The notes: generated by a model not told the origin, from the letters alone. A stretch of 64,000 bases of DNA from Lama guanicoe (GCA_013239625.1 MU054187.1:4413757-4477756); one strand, 5' to 3'; counted from the first letter of the stretch, positions 1-12,234 are shown. Translations and numbers: made by a program.

Positions 1-1281
1 CGTCTGGTCTGTTTTTGGCTTTGTGGCCCAGGCGATCTGGCGAAAGTCCCAGCTCCCCTGTCCCCTCAGTGATTTTCTTTCCTTTGGGTGGAGGGAGGTT
101 TATTCATTTTAATCACTAAAATGCAGCAGAGGGGACATTGATGGTTAATGGAACATTGGATCAAATCCCTGTTCCATGTATTCATTATTCTGTTTTGTTT
201 TTTAATTTTTGAACTTTAACAGTTTAGCCAGAGCCTAATTTAATTTTTTAATGGTGGTCTTCTTTGGTATTGAAAACATTATAGAAATACACAAAAGCAA
301 TACTTGAGAATGGCTCAGAAGAGAACACAGACTACACCCAAAGTGTTTATCAAAGAAGCTAAACATAGCATTGATTGTGAATTTTGACCGGATAAGTTAT
401 GGGAAGATTTGCATGGAAGATTTTGGAGAATAGTAGTTAGCAATTTAGTTTTTCATTGTTCATGGATGTCATGATTTAAACAATTGATTACAAGCAATTA
501 GATATGGGCAAGGAAATGTGTTGCAGAATACATTTCATCCTGTTTTTAAACTTGGTTTTGTTCCTGCATGATCTTTTGTGACACAAAATTAATAAACTTA
601 AATCACGCATGTTCATTCCTCTCCTGACATGTTAGGTTCCCTCCTACTTGTGAGAAGGGCCTGCATGTGATTTTTACATTTTTAATTTTTCGCAGTTTGA
701 GTCGCATAAAGAGAATCACATAATAGCACAGGAGTTAAAGGCATGAGTCTTGTTTTACTATTTTTTTTTAAGGAAATGTTAGTCGGTGAAACAAATTACT
801 TCCTTTTCCCAGTATAATTAAACAACTCTAAACTGAAACTGGCGCTAAAGATGAGTTTTTAAAATTGTAAACACTTTAGAGAGAAGTTCAAAGGTGAATA
901 CTCAGCCAAAGGAAACAATATGTCATTTGGCAGACAGGTTCCTAGAAGAATTATAAGAATTCTGTGCTGTTTTATACATCAGAGCAAGATCAGTGGGTTT
1001 TGAAATTGTCCAGCTCCAGATAGAGCTTTTAAAAATACAATTCAGAAGCATATGGGAAATTTTGGACTAGTTCTGTTGTGATGCAAAGAATTTTTTTCCT
1101 CAGAGCCACACTAGAAGTTTGTTTCATCTTTTTGTCTTTTTCAGGAAGCATCACTGCTATCCTTCAAAATGGTCATTCTTGGCAGCAATTTTTTTTTGTC
1201 TTGTTGACTGGAATGTCATGAAAAGAAAATGATTTTGTGAAATAATGCAGTTTTGTAATTTCTTCAATTATGATTGTTATA

Positions 1282-1410
1282 TTAAACAGATATTTACAGA
1301 GGATCCACTGCATGCCAGGTGCTGGGACCAGGTAGTGCCTTCCCTGCCGTCCCTGGGCACTGCCTAGTCCCAGCACCTGGCATGCAGTGGCTCTTTAAGT
1401 GCCTCTTTAA
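1282..1410 (+). ncRNA. Candidate L2-derived hairpin / pre-miRNA-like stem-loop (unverified)
   Basis: 1305-1339 is the reverse complement of 1356-1390 at 33/35 positions (one U.G, one C.A on +). Loop 14-16 nt. Outer arms 1282-1301/1391-1410 match 15/20 after a 3-nt bulge. The structure is certain; expression is not shown. Confidence 0.4.
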
Positions 1411-1840
1411 GGCTTTCCAGTGTGAAGTGGGGCAAAATAAATAAAAGTGGAAAGCTACTTTGAAGCAGTAATAATTGCAGTCAGGAATGCGAGTGGTCTG
1501 GGAGGGCCTCACAGATTATGCTTCAGCTGAGACAAGTGAAAAAGAAAGTCAACCTATGGAAGGTCTCCGAGCAGAGAGGATGGATGGCCTGTGCAAAGGC
1601 CCTGTGGCCTTTGCAGGAAATACGAGACAGCAGCAGAGGAACCAGCTCAGCAGGGCCTTCCCTGTAGGCCCTGGAGGGTGTGTCTGTTTATTCTAAATGT
1701 AGTGGGAGCTGCCGGAGGGTGTGACACAGGCGGGTCAGGCCCTCCTTTGCAGATTTGGCTGCTCACTCTGTCTGCCTTGAGGAGAATGATTCAGGAGGAG
1801 TGGAGCGGGGAGCTGGTTAGAAAGCTGTTGTGGTGACCAG
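1282..1840 (-). mobile_element. L2 LINE 3' fragment
   Basis: aaacagatatttacagaggatccactgcatgccaggtgctggga resembles the antisense L2 tail; downstream gtgcaaaggccctgtggc and gtttattctaaatgtagtgggagctgccggaggg resemble L2 body motifs. Confidence 0.7.
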
Positions 1841-1877
1841 TACCAGTTGTTGGCGGGAAATCCATGTTTGCAGGATG

Positions 1878-2055
1878 CCGAATTTCTGCTAACCTGACAC
1901 ACCAGTGATCTGAAGATGCATCATTATCGCCTGTGCCACTAAGAATGAAAGCAAACTGCCAGCTCAGCTAGGACACACCACCCTTGGTGACAAGGATCCT
2001 GATTTCAGGTATTAACACAGGAAAATAGATGTGCCTTAGAGTTGGTGAAATACGA
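1878..2055. mobile_element. MER104-like non-autonomous TcMar-Tc2 DNA transposon
   Basis: ~178 bp with degenerate TIRs ccgaatttc...gaaatacga followed by TA; internal aagatgcatcattat...gccactaagaatgaaa and atcctgatttcag...gtgccttagagttggtgaaatacg match the recalled MER104/Kanga consensus. Confidence 0.65.
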
Positions 2056-2559
2056 TATTTTCTGGAGCTCAAGCTGAGCGGGCTTGCGAATTTGTATTTC
2101 ATTTCTGTTTGTTTCTGAACGATACAAGTTGAATTCTGTGACTTGGAAGGACCTGGGGCCTTGTGTAGGGGAAACGCCTGCCCCTGGATTGGAAGCTGGT
2201 ATAGAAGATTGGTCCTGTGTAAGTAGTCTTTCTGAGGCTTAAAAATCCACAAGAGAAGGCATCTGCAGAGGCTCTTGCTCCAGGTGCATCACAAACTGTT
2301 GGTGCCATAGATCAAGGAAACTGGGACAGCCCGGGTTTGTCAGGTTCCAGGGGAGTCACAAACACCATCTGCTGGATCAGAATGTGTGTCAGTCCCTCGG
2401 GAGTTCCAAGCTTTGTTTCTCTGTGTGTCACCACTGGGAGCAGGACAGGATGAGGCCTTGGGCAGAGCCATGGGGATTCCAAGCCAAATACTTAGTTAAA
2501 GGCCAGCAAATAGGTAAGCTGGTTACCGAGGGACAGGGAGAGTACAGGTTTTCTAGTTG

Positions 2560-2720
2560 AGCCTGTCTAGGTGCAAAGATCAGCTCTGCAGGAGCTGAGC
2601 AAGTTACCCAGGCTTCTGGAACCTCAGTTTCCAGGTCTGTAAAGTGGGGATAATTGCAGTACCTATTTCATAGGATGATTGTGAGGTTTTAGGAGGATGG
2701 TGCTTGCAGAATGCCAGGCC
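2560..2720 (+). mobile_element. MIR SINE
   Basis: Core gcaagttacc...acctcagtttccaggtctgtaaagtggggataattgcagtacctatttcataggatgattgtgagg. Confidence 0.85.
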
Positions 2721-2789
2721 GTCTGGAGGCTAGTTGCTGTTAGGTGGTCTTGTCCCGTGGATTTTATTCGGCCTTTCGTGTGTTCTGTA

Positions 2790-3040
2790 TATTCTCATCA
2801 CATGGGTCACATGCAGAAACTCACTTTTTCAGAGACTCACTCTGACCTCAGAAGCTAAGGTCGCCCACCTTCAGCCACAGTCTGTCCTGAAGTCCTATTT
2901 TATTTTACTCACAGCCCTCATTCCTAAGGGAAATTGTATCCTTTGTTTACGTGTTGTTATAAGTCACTGTCGTGTGGGCTGCTGTATCCGCAGGGCCCAG
3001 AAGGGTGCCAGGCCACACGGCAGGGCTTACCTCTTATATA
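2790..3040 (+). mobile_element. L2 3' fragment
   Basis: ctattttattttactcacagccctcatt...gctgtatccgcagggcccagaagggtgccaggccacacggcagggct resembles the L2a 3' end. Confidence 0.6.
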
Positions 3041-3427
3041 CTGAACGTACTGTGTGCACGACACTGCTGACTACGAGGTCCCCCAGGGGACCCTGAAGGC
3101 ACAGCACAAAGGCCTATCCTCAGGCAGGGTTCTCTCCACTGTGTTTTTTGTGCTCCAATATAATGGGCTTTTAGTCAAGGAGTATGAACCCGCAGTCCAG
3201 CGACCATGCCCGCAGTTGGCCTTGAGAGAACCCAGGCAGAGAGATGTGTCTTAGAGTCAGGGGTCAGGGTTTGGCAGAGAGGGAGCATTTCTACCTGGAA
3301 ACATGGGTTTCCTGGGGTAGTGGGACATGCTTGTCGTTTTGCCTGGCCTTTCAGAGAGGGTCACCTGCTTTGTCTTCCAGTGAATGTCCCCAGAAGCTTA
3401 CCTATTGCCTGAGATGCCAGCTTACAG

Positions 3428-3441
3428 GCGCCACCTCCTGT
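3428..3441 (-). promoter_or_regulatory. Candidate CTCF motif
   Basis: Minus strand ACAGGAGGTGGCGC vs core CCASYAGRKGGCRS; motif only. Confidence 0.3.
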
Positions 3442-5112
3442 AAACCACAAAGGCGAGTGTGGTGGGGAAGTGCACCGGCTGTTAAAGGGGCCGGTGCTTG
3501 ACACGGTGCTCTGGCCACCCGGGAAGCCAGCACAGAAGTTGCGGAGGGAGCCGGCATCCCAGGGACCTGCCCAGCCAGCAGTCTGGACTGTGGGTTATTC
3601 GCCCGATTTCTAAGTCATATTTTGTTACTGATGATAACCGCATCCCATGATGACGACTTTTGTTGGTGCGCTGATTTGGATGCTATTTGTGTTTTTCAAA
3701 AGGAAATCGTGCCCATTTTAGGAATAAGAACATTTACATGTTCTTCTCCAGGCTTTTAATCTTTTCCAGTGCTTGCTTGTTGACTAGAATCTTTGGGTAA
3801 AGTTTAGTGAACAGACTATAAAGGTGGATTTTCAAATCCTTGCGCAGACGCTCCACAATCCTGGATGTGTGTGTGTATTTATTCACACACGTGCAGGCTG
3901 TTCACCGTCTTCCCTTCCCTGGCTATCAGGGGACCACTGTGCTCAGTGGTGGTCAGAAATGGACAGTTGGAAACTGGGAACTCACTGGGAAATACCGGTG
4001 AACCTGGACAGCACTTCTGTGTTTTGACTGCATGATTAGAACAGGGTGAATTAAGAGGTTCCTTGTACACTTGACTGTGAGTTGGGGATTTTTGAATCCT
4101 TTTAATCCATCCTTGCCCTGTGCTCATTCAAATGATCACTGATTGGAATGTTGTGATTTTTAAGAATCAGATGTTTTTCTTCCCAATAAATTTTGTTCTT
4201 GTTTAGTGACCATGAAGGAAGGAGAGAAATCATTGTGTGGGTTTGGAACATGACGAGTCCCTGCTTCTGTAGGCTTTGTGTTAACCTGCAGCAAGACTCG
4301 GGTGTGTAGCCATAAGCCTTCTTACAGTGTTTTGGTCAAAGTGGCCACCATCTTTCAGGGGACAGACTGTCCAGTAACTTAGTTCTTTAATTTAATGGAG
4401 TTTTTTTTCTGATTCTTGTTAGTGAATTTATATTTACAGCTCTTAGAGGGGGAGAGTGTTAGAGTCATATACATGTGTATTTTGTGGGAAGTCGAAATAT
4501 TCTGTTAGGTCGTGCTAGAGGGGACTTGTGGTCTACCTGTGTTGTTTGGAAGTTGGTTGGAAGTGACTTTTCTGTACAAGTGATGGGAGCCTCACACATG
4601 TCATGTAGCTGGTGGGGGGGTGTATGTGACTGTGTGTATGAGAACTCCACTTGGCCAGCTGTAACCCCGGTGTTCAGTGCGAGCTTCGCAGGGGCTGCGT
4701 TTTCCCCATGAGAAGCAGCCCTGCCCTCACCCCGTGGTGACCTGCTCCAGCTCGTGTGTCCTGTGCTTCTCGGATTTCCCCTGCAGATATTTTTCCTTTC
4801 AGAATTCGCTAGCACAGGACCGAACCTCTTTGGTTGTTAATCCCCAATTGTTCCTTCCACGTGCCTTTTCCAAAGTCATTTCAGTGTGAAGCCATCAGCT
4901 GTTGAAAAGCTATTTCCTTTCTTTGGGTCTTTCCCAAAAGGTGTTCAGGTGGGGCTGAGTTAATGGTAGAGAGGCCCCGTTGCAAGGCCTTTTAATTCAG
5001 CATCCCGAGGTGTTCTCAAATTCTTCATACGTTTCGTGTCTGAAATGCTTAAGGGTCCTCATTTTAACTTGGATTTTCCATTTACCAGATAGTGTTTATT
5101 TTTCACTACACC

Positions 5113-5552
5113 TCGTGGTAGGGTTCTCCAGAGAAACAGAACCAATGGAACCTCTGTCTCCATCTCCATCTCGAGGAAAGTTATTTTAAGAATTTGGCTC
5201 ATGCTGTTAAGGAGGCTGGGGGGCCCCATGACCTGTCGTCTGCACACTGGAGGCCCAGGAGGGACGATGTGGCGGGTCAGCCCCAGTGTGGGGCAGGAGG
5301 GAACCCACGTCTCAGCTCACCCATCTGACAGAGGTCCAACTCTCCCTCTCGTACTTTTTTTGCTGTGTTCAGGCCCCTCACAGACTGGACGAGGCTGCCC
5401 ACACTGCGGAGGGCCACCCGCTTTCCTCTGTCCACTAATTCAGATGTTCATCTCACCCAGAAACTTCCTGCAGACACCCCCAGATCCATGTTTAACCCAC
5501 TATCTGGGCACCTCCAGTCCTGGTCAAGTTGATACAGAAAATCGACCGCACA
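5113..5552 (-). mobile_element. MLT2-type (ERVL) solo LTR
   Basis: agggttctccagagaaacagaaccaat start; gttcaggcccctcacagactggacgaggctgcccacact...gtcaagttgatacagaaaatcgaccgcaca end. Confidence 0.85.
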
Positions 5553-6224
5553 CCCATGTAGTAGAATCAAAGCATTTCAGGAACTGAGTAAGCTGTTTTG
5601 AAAACGTGTTGTCAAAGTACCGTTTCCCAAGCCTTTGTGAGTGAGCCGAGCCCCGCAGTGTTAAGACAGGGTACCCGCCTCTTCCCGCTCCTCCAGGAAG
5701 GCGCTGCCCTGCCGGACGGGCTGGCACGGTGCACCTGGGCCTTCCGGAGCAGCGCCTCCCCACTGAGCCGGCTGACCTGTGGTTTACGGTGCGCTCTTGG
5801 TTTGTGCCTGCTCCTGCACCTGCTGTTCCCTCTGCTCTGCTTCCTGGGATCCTGGTCACCCTGAAAGGCTTCCGCCATCCCTCCTTCCTATTTCCTTGAC
5901 TGTGTGTGGTCTAAGTTAAAAGAGCAGAAGAAACAATCACCTCTTTTGTGATGCTCAAGTAACTTGAATGCAAAGGCATAAAAGTTTATCTCTGCCTTAT
6001 CACTACTGCAAGCCCTGATAGAGCGCCATGAATTGTATTCAAGCCAGCAGCTTCATGTGAATATCTGCTTCAGTCTTGACCCATGCTGCTACTCAGAGAG
6101 CAGCCTGCATCTCAGGATTGAGGAGTGGCCTCTCAGGTGCTGAAGGAGTTTGTAGATGAGATCAAGGTATCACTACTGATAATATCCTGAGAGATCGTAG
6201 GGAAGACAAGAGGTGCCAAGTATC

Positions 6225-6376
6225 AAAAAAAAAATATATATATATATATCTCTCTCCATGTAACTGAATCACTTTGCTGCACACCTGAAACTAACACAAC
6301 ATTGTAAATTATACTTCAATAAAAATAAATTTAAAAATTAAAACAACAGCAAAATAAAAAAATAAAAGGAAAAAAC
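6225..6376 (+). mobile_element. L1 3' tail (cetartiodactyl type), 5'-truncated
   Basis: (TA)n then gtaactgaatcactttgctgcacacctgaaactaacacaacattgtaaattatacttcaataaaa and an A-rich tail. Confidence 0.85.
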
Positions 6377-6419
6377 AAGTGCTCTGATTTTTTTCAGAAA
6401 ATACCAAGAGATCCTGGAC

Positions 6420-6750
6420 CTTCGCTGTCCAGTATGCTGGCCACTGGTCACATCTGGCCACTGGCCACTGAGCACTGGATATGTGGCTGCCCTGAACTGT
6501 GATATCCTGTGGGTGTAAAATACCAGATTTTGAAGATTTTCTTGAAAAAAGAGTATAAATAGCTCACTAATAATTTTTTATATTACATGTTGAGATGATA
6601 GTATCTTGGACTGACTGGGTTAAGTAAAGTATATTACCAAAGTTGATTTCACCTGCTTCTTCTGGTTTTTAATATAGCTACAGGAACATTTAAAATAGCA
6701 CGTGTAGTTTGCATTTGTGGCTTGCATTCGATTTCCCTGGGAGGACGCTG
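6420..6750 (-). mobile_element. MER33 (hAT-Charlie) DNA transposon
   Basis: cgctgtccagtatgctggccactggtcacat...ttgatttcacctgcttct...gcatttgtggcttgcatt...gacgctg; ~330 bp, as expected for the family. Confidence 0.8.
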
Positions 6751-7249
6751 TTTTAGATTCTACAATTCATTGCTGTTACTTCATATCCTTGGCAGGATTT
6801 TAAAACATAGTGTTAAGCAGATGGCTGTGCACTTGTAGAAAAGGAAGTAGTAATAACTAAAAGCAAGAATAGTTTCACTAAGAACAAAGCATGCCAAGCT
6901 AACTGCATTTTTTTTTTGGTTAGATGATCAGAACAGTTCTGTAGATTCATACTGGAAACGTCTCCCCTGATGAGCTTGAGGACAGCTTAGGGCATGCAGA
7001 GTTGTGGTTGATGGCGTAGTCGTGTCTGTGGTGTGTCTATGTCTGTAGCTCGTTGAACTCAGTTCCCAGAATATCTTATATTGATTTCTGTGTCAGGAAC
7101 AGGCTGGGGGATGCTCTCAGGCTTCCCATAGAGCTTGTTTCATTTTAGTGATGTGAGGGAACATAAACTAAGGTTATCTGTGAAGAGGTCAAGTCTGATC
7201 AGGTCCTGGTGGTCTGAGGAAGGTCGTCCACACCAGCTGTGGTCCGGAG

Positions 7250-7340
7250 CACATCCACTGAGCATGTGTATGGAGGGCGTGTGTGCTCAGGCTCTGTGCT
7301 GGGTGCTGGGAGTAAGGACTAATGATATATTGTCTCTAAC
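7250..7340 (-). mobile_element. L2 tail fragment
   Basis: catccactgagcatgtgtatggagggcgtgtgtgctcaggctctgtgctgggtgctgggag. Confidence 0.5.
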
Positions 7341-9744
7341 CTCTAGAGTGGCCTTCAGACTGTTGTTTTCTAAGAACATTCTGGCTAGGTACCACTGGGT
7401 ACCTCGTGGCTGCCTCCATAGACAAGTGGAGGATTCTGCATAATGGTCAGGGCTTTTGAACTGCAGTTGAAAGTTAGGAACTGTCTGAGCTCTTAACAAT
7501 CTAAGAGGCATGTTGTGGAAAATTCTTTCTAGAGCTGATTTATGTAACCCATCCACTGCTTTGGGTCCCTCAACTTTGATCTGCCAAGTGTCTGGTAAAT
7601 GGCTGTTGGCAACATTTCGGGGGCAAGGAGTGATCTTAGACCCTCCTGGAATCACCTCCCTGACCAAGCAGCTCTCTCGACCGCCCTCCTCTCCACGGTG
7701 GGGGAAGGACGTTCCAGAAGTGGCCGCACCACACCTCCCGCTGTGTTTTGGTGGAGACGTCAGTACGTGCGTTGTCATCGCCCAGTGTGCTCGACATTTT
7801 ACACGCTTAAAACCTTGTCAGAAACATGCGAGGCAAATAATTTGAGTATAAACAATACATTTTAAGCAAATTGAAGCTCAACTGTAGCAACTTAGAAGGA
7901 AATCGTGGCCAGTTTTTCTCTATCTTGACCTGTTTCTAGGCTTTAGTTTTCTCCAAGTCTTGAAATTTTAATTTTCTGTTTTTCTCTGGTTTTATTTTAT
8001 TTTTTCTGGAAGGTATCTCACATCTTTTTGTGAAAGAAAGCAAGGTTTAAAGTAAAACTAGAGGCCTTCTTAATGTAACTTTTGGCCTGTAAGTTGCTTG
8101 TTTAAACTCTTTGCATTAGGAAGGTAGGCGTTGTATGTTTGACCTTGTTGAAGTTTTCATATTAAATATTTAGCTTAGCGGTGGGCACCTTTTTCAGTTT
8201 TTTATGTATTTTTTGTAGATGAGAAACAATACTTAAAGGTTACTTTTTTCTGTTCAAAATTAGAAATTGTCTTCATTCTGTTTATCTAAATGTAATCAAT
8301 GTAATAGTATTTATATTAATTTTTATTGAAATGAGAAAAAGCATTCCAAGAATGTAAATTTCATATACTCTAAAACAAACAGACAAAAAAGAGCTAAGCT
8401 TTCTGAAAATAAGGAAGAGCATTAACTCAGCAAAAAAATAATTAAAATTCCCAAGAAAATATTATTTCATAAAAAAAAAAGGGCAAGTCTTATTAAGTCC
8501 TGTGTGGAGGGGGGAAGGTTTCTTAGAACTTAATCATCTCTTGAGTAGAATATCTCAAAGAGGAGTTGGTTATGTCTCTGGGCCATGAACAGGGTGCTCT
8601 CTGGGTATGTTTGGGTGGTCGCAGTACCTGGCTGGCAGAGCTCTGGGCTCCTGTGCTGGCGAGGGAGCTGGAAGTCACCTGGGTGATCCTCTGTCTTTCT
8701 CAGAGCAACCTGCAGGGTTGGTGTTATTACAGTTCCACCTAACGTGGTGCAGAGAGCTGAGATGTGGCGAGTGGAAGAGCTGGTCTAGCGTCTGTGCACA
8801 GTGAACCAGAGCCCTGACCTTGGCAGTGGGCAGAAAGAGAGGCTCCCACTCTGCTCCCCCGCGCCAGCCTGACCCTCCCTTTCCTGGCGTCAGCGTCTCA
8901 CCATGCCCACCCGAGCTGGCAGGATGGAGTTAGCATTCCCACGTTGTCTTGCCTGGCTGGTGCCTCCCTGCCTGGGGCTGCTCCAGAGGCCTTGGGGTTC
9001 ACGCTACCCTCGGGTGTCCCTTCTGTCAACCCCACCTTCCCCAGGCCTAGAGGGGTTGTTGGCAGGATGGGAAGGAGGGGTCCAGAGGGGCTGGACTGTG
9101 GGCTCTGTCCCCACTGAGGCCAAGATCGTTTCCGTCCAGACACACATCAGCTTCACCTATAACCTAGTGTGACTGTTGTCATTTCTAGCACCATCTTTTT
9201 TCCTCCTCATTTTGGGTTTATTCCATTGTGCTCACTCTGAGTCTGCTCCACGGTAGATTTAACAGAGTCTATTCAGGGCACTCTCTCAGGGGCACAGTGC
9301 TGGAAACCAAGGTCACGTCTCTCTTTAACACCAAAATAAACTGATAAATGCTTGTAAGTAGAGTGGGAGGGGAGCCAGGGAGCCGGCCTCCAGTTCCGGA
9401 GCGTTGGTTCCCGTGCTGGACCACATGTCTCCCGGGAACAGGGATTTTCTGTGCATTTTTCTCCCAGCCCTACCGTGCTCAGGCTTTTGCCTTCTGCTCT
9501 CTCTGCCTTGGCAGAGGGCCAAGCAGAATAGGGCCTCGCAGGGTGAACTTGGCATAACAGGTGTCAGTTCTTCCTCGAAAGGCCCTTCAAGAAGACAGAT
9601 GCCAGCAGTCCCCACTGTCGGCCGGTCAGAGCGCCTGGGGTTGTGCCGTGTCCGAGTGGTAACTGGGGCTTCTGTAGAGGTCACCCCTGGGGTGACGGTG
9701 CTGCACAGGTGGCTCCTGGGGACCTTGTTCTGGGCCAGTGACTC

Positions 9745-9890
9745 ACAGACTCTAGCAACTAGACTCACCTGGAGGGTTAAACACAAACTGCGGGGCTGTT
9801 CCCAGAGTTTCTGATTCAGTGAGGCCTGGAGGGCCTGAGAATTTGCATGTTTAAGGCATTCCCTGGTGATGCTGAAGCGCTGATCAGAGT
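9745..9890. mobile_element. MER5A-like hAT-Charlie MITE
   Basis: tagactcacctggagggttaaacacaaactgc...cccagagtttctgattcagtg...ggcctgagaatttgcatgtttaagg...ggtgatgctga. Confidence 0.75.
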
Positions 9891-10408
9891 GAAGTCCTAA
9901 ACGTTTGCTTCTAGAAGTGCATGGTGCTTGATTAGAGAGTCCCCAGGCACCAGAGAACTTTGCAGGATCCTGAGCAGGAGGAAGGGTGACTGAAGGTGGA
10001 TGTCTTGTAGGGAAGATGCTGGGAAGACAGAGGGGTTAGCACGCTCTCCCGGAGGAGACCACCTGTGGTGTCACAGGCTTTGACTTTCTCTCCAAGAACC
10101 TGGAACCAAGTGGATAATTTTTAATATAGCACTTCTGCTGAACGAGCTGCAGGCTCGTATGGTTTTCTCTGCCCATTTTCTATTTGTACTTTAGTCCCTG
10201 TGCATTTTCGTATTTAGAATATCAGTTCAGTTATGACTTGCTTTCTGGGGCACCATTTAATCAAACATTTTAAGACATTTAGAAGTAAAACTGTCACCTT
10301 CAGATTTTATTTTAAAATTAAAAAATTAATGGACATCTGTTCTTGGAGCATACTCAGTTTTTATAAAATATTTTGAAATGCAGTGAGTATGAGAAATCTT
10401 TGTTTATT

Positions 10409-10529
10409 TTGGGGAGTAATTAAGTTTATTTATTTTTTTAAATGGAGGTTCTGGGGATTGATCCCAGGACGTCGTGCTTGCTAGGCAGGCACTCTACCAC
10501 TGAGCTATACCCTCCCCCCCCGCCGAGTT
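10409..10529 (-). mobile_element. Camelid tRNA-derived SINE (Vic-1-like) with 13-bp TSD
   Basis: Minus strand gggagggtatagctcagtggtagagtgcctgcctagcaagcacgacgtcctgggatcaatccccag (A and B boxes), tail aaataaataaacttaattactcccc; TSD atctttgtttatt at 10396-10408 and 10530-10542. Confidence 0.9.
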
Positions 10530-12049
10530 ATCTTTGTTTATTGACTTGAAGACTTTGGGCCAAGAGAACATACTTACTTCCTTAGATTTAAAAATGTTTA
10601 CGAAATAATATCCTTTTCTTGGGAATTTTAATTTTTTTCAGCTGAGGCAATGACCTTCCTTATATCCAGATAGCTTGTCTCTTTTTTGTTGTAGAGTACA
10701 TACAGTTTATGTTCTTGGAACTCTTTTTCTTATTTCAATAAAAATTACTATAGATACTATTAAATTGATTACATTTAAATGAAATGAGTGAAGAGAACTT
10801 CTAAATTTAGTCTCCGGTCCTGAAGTTAGATTGCCCCCACCGGTGAGCAGAAACATACATTTTTTTAAATTATGAGGATTTAAAGTGACATCTAGTGAAA
10901 TGCGTATTCTACAATTAAAATAAGTGCTGTTTGGAAACAAATTTAACTCACAGAAAATGGAACTGTTTCTTGTATCATTCAGCTCATTCTGTTTTTATGG
11001 TTTAATTATATAGTTGACCCACTTCATCTGAATAGAAACTAGGCTACCTTTTAAACCGTTTTAGAATCCGAGAGGGCTGGTGTCTCTTTGGTGAGTGTGG
11101 CCGCAGGGAATTAGAACATGCATCCTTTATGCCCCTTTGATGATGGTTTTATCTGTGAAACAGACACTGAGATGAATGGCTACACTGGACAAAAAGAAAG
11201 CCAAGGGTTGAAGTAAAATCTGTATTATCCATTGTTATATAACATGTGAGCCCAAAACTTAGTGTCCCCCAAATGATAATGGCCTCTCATCCTCACATTT
11301 CTGAGCGGCGGGGTTCAGGTGTCTCAGGAGGCTGTGGTCCAGGGGTTGCTGGAGGCGGGGTGGGGCCTGGAGGAGCTGCATCTGGAGGTCCCAGCTCCAG
11401 GGCAGAGGGGTGGGTGCAGCTGTCAGTGGGTGGGAGGGAGGGGCTCGGTCCCTCCTCACCTGGGGCCTTTCCTGGCGCTCTTTGAACTGTTTGGGTTAGA
11501 GGTCAACTTCTTGGCTAGGGAAGCACCAGAAGGGTGACCTTTCATGGTGTCCCCGGCTGGGTCGCTCCCCAGCTCCGCATACTCAGCAAGTTCGTCCTGA
11601 GGTGCTTCCTTGCACCAGAAAATGCCAGGTTCATGTCCTGTGCCCCCCAGAAGCTGATGCTGTGGGCAGAGTGAGCTTGGCCTGAAAGGTGCAGAGGGTG
11701 CACACCCAGGGAGGCTTTCCGATCTGAGCCCAGTCAGATCTACCTCGCTCTAAAGGAAGGGTGGGTGCTAGGCAGTGATGTGATGGGCTGGTGGTGGGGA
11801 GTCAGGGGTGAAATTCAGAGGGAGATTCTAGCCAGATGGGTAGCACCCGGTCAAGGGACTGAGGCAGGAAACTGCAGGGCAGGTCTGGGGCACCTCTGGC
11901 AGGTTAGATTTGCTTTCTGAAGTGAAATGCTCGAGCGGGGAAAGAGTCGGGGGATGGAGAGACCTGGCATGGCAGATCCAGAGTTTGGACTTCATGCTGT
12001 GAGTATGTGGTGCATGAGTCTCTTCTCATCCATTCCTTCAGTGGAGCCC

Positions 12050-12200
12050 AGAGCAGGTACCAGGTTCAAGGCGTTATTCTGCTCCCCTTACGCCTGCGAG
12101 GTGGGGATGTCTCCACCTTACAGAGGAGAGGCAGTGAGGGAGACACTGACTGCACGAGGTCACGCGGCTGGTGAAGGCAGGGCTGAGCATCCATGTGAAA
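12050..12200 (-). mobile_element. MIR SINE (degenerate)
   Basis: ctccaccttacagaggagaggcagtgaggg...gaggtcacgcggctggtgaaggcagggctg. Confidence 0.6.
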
Positions 12201-12234
12201 ACTTAACCGGAAGAGTTACATGCAGACTGTTTTC

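Larger units (their letters stand above)
6120..7120 (+). mobile_element. L3/CR1 ORF2 fragment, interrupted by an L1 tail and MER33
   Basis: caggtgctgaaggagtttgtagatgagatc...gaggtgcca (6133-6218) and ccttggcaggattttaaaacatagtgttaagcagatggctgtgcacttgtagaaaaggaagtag...ttcactaagaacaaagcatgccaagctaac (6787-6904) follow the CR1 RT consensus in order. Confidence 0.7.

Noticed and set aside
148..177. Small hairpin atggaaca...tgttccat
   Set aside because: The 8+4 bp stem is too short for a miRNA precursor and is expected by chance.
1125..1175. Strong acceptor tttttgtctttttcAG
   Set aside because: No good donor nearby (ATG|GTCATT is weak) and no recognisable peptide.
10440..10520. tRNA-like sequence with A and B boxes (also 24905-24975)
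   Set aside because: These are SINE heads with AT-rich tails and TSDs, not tRNA genes.
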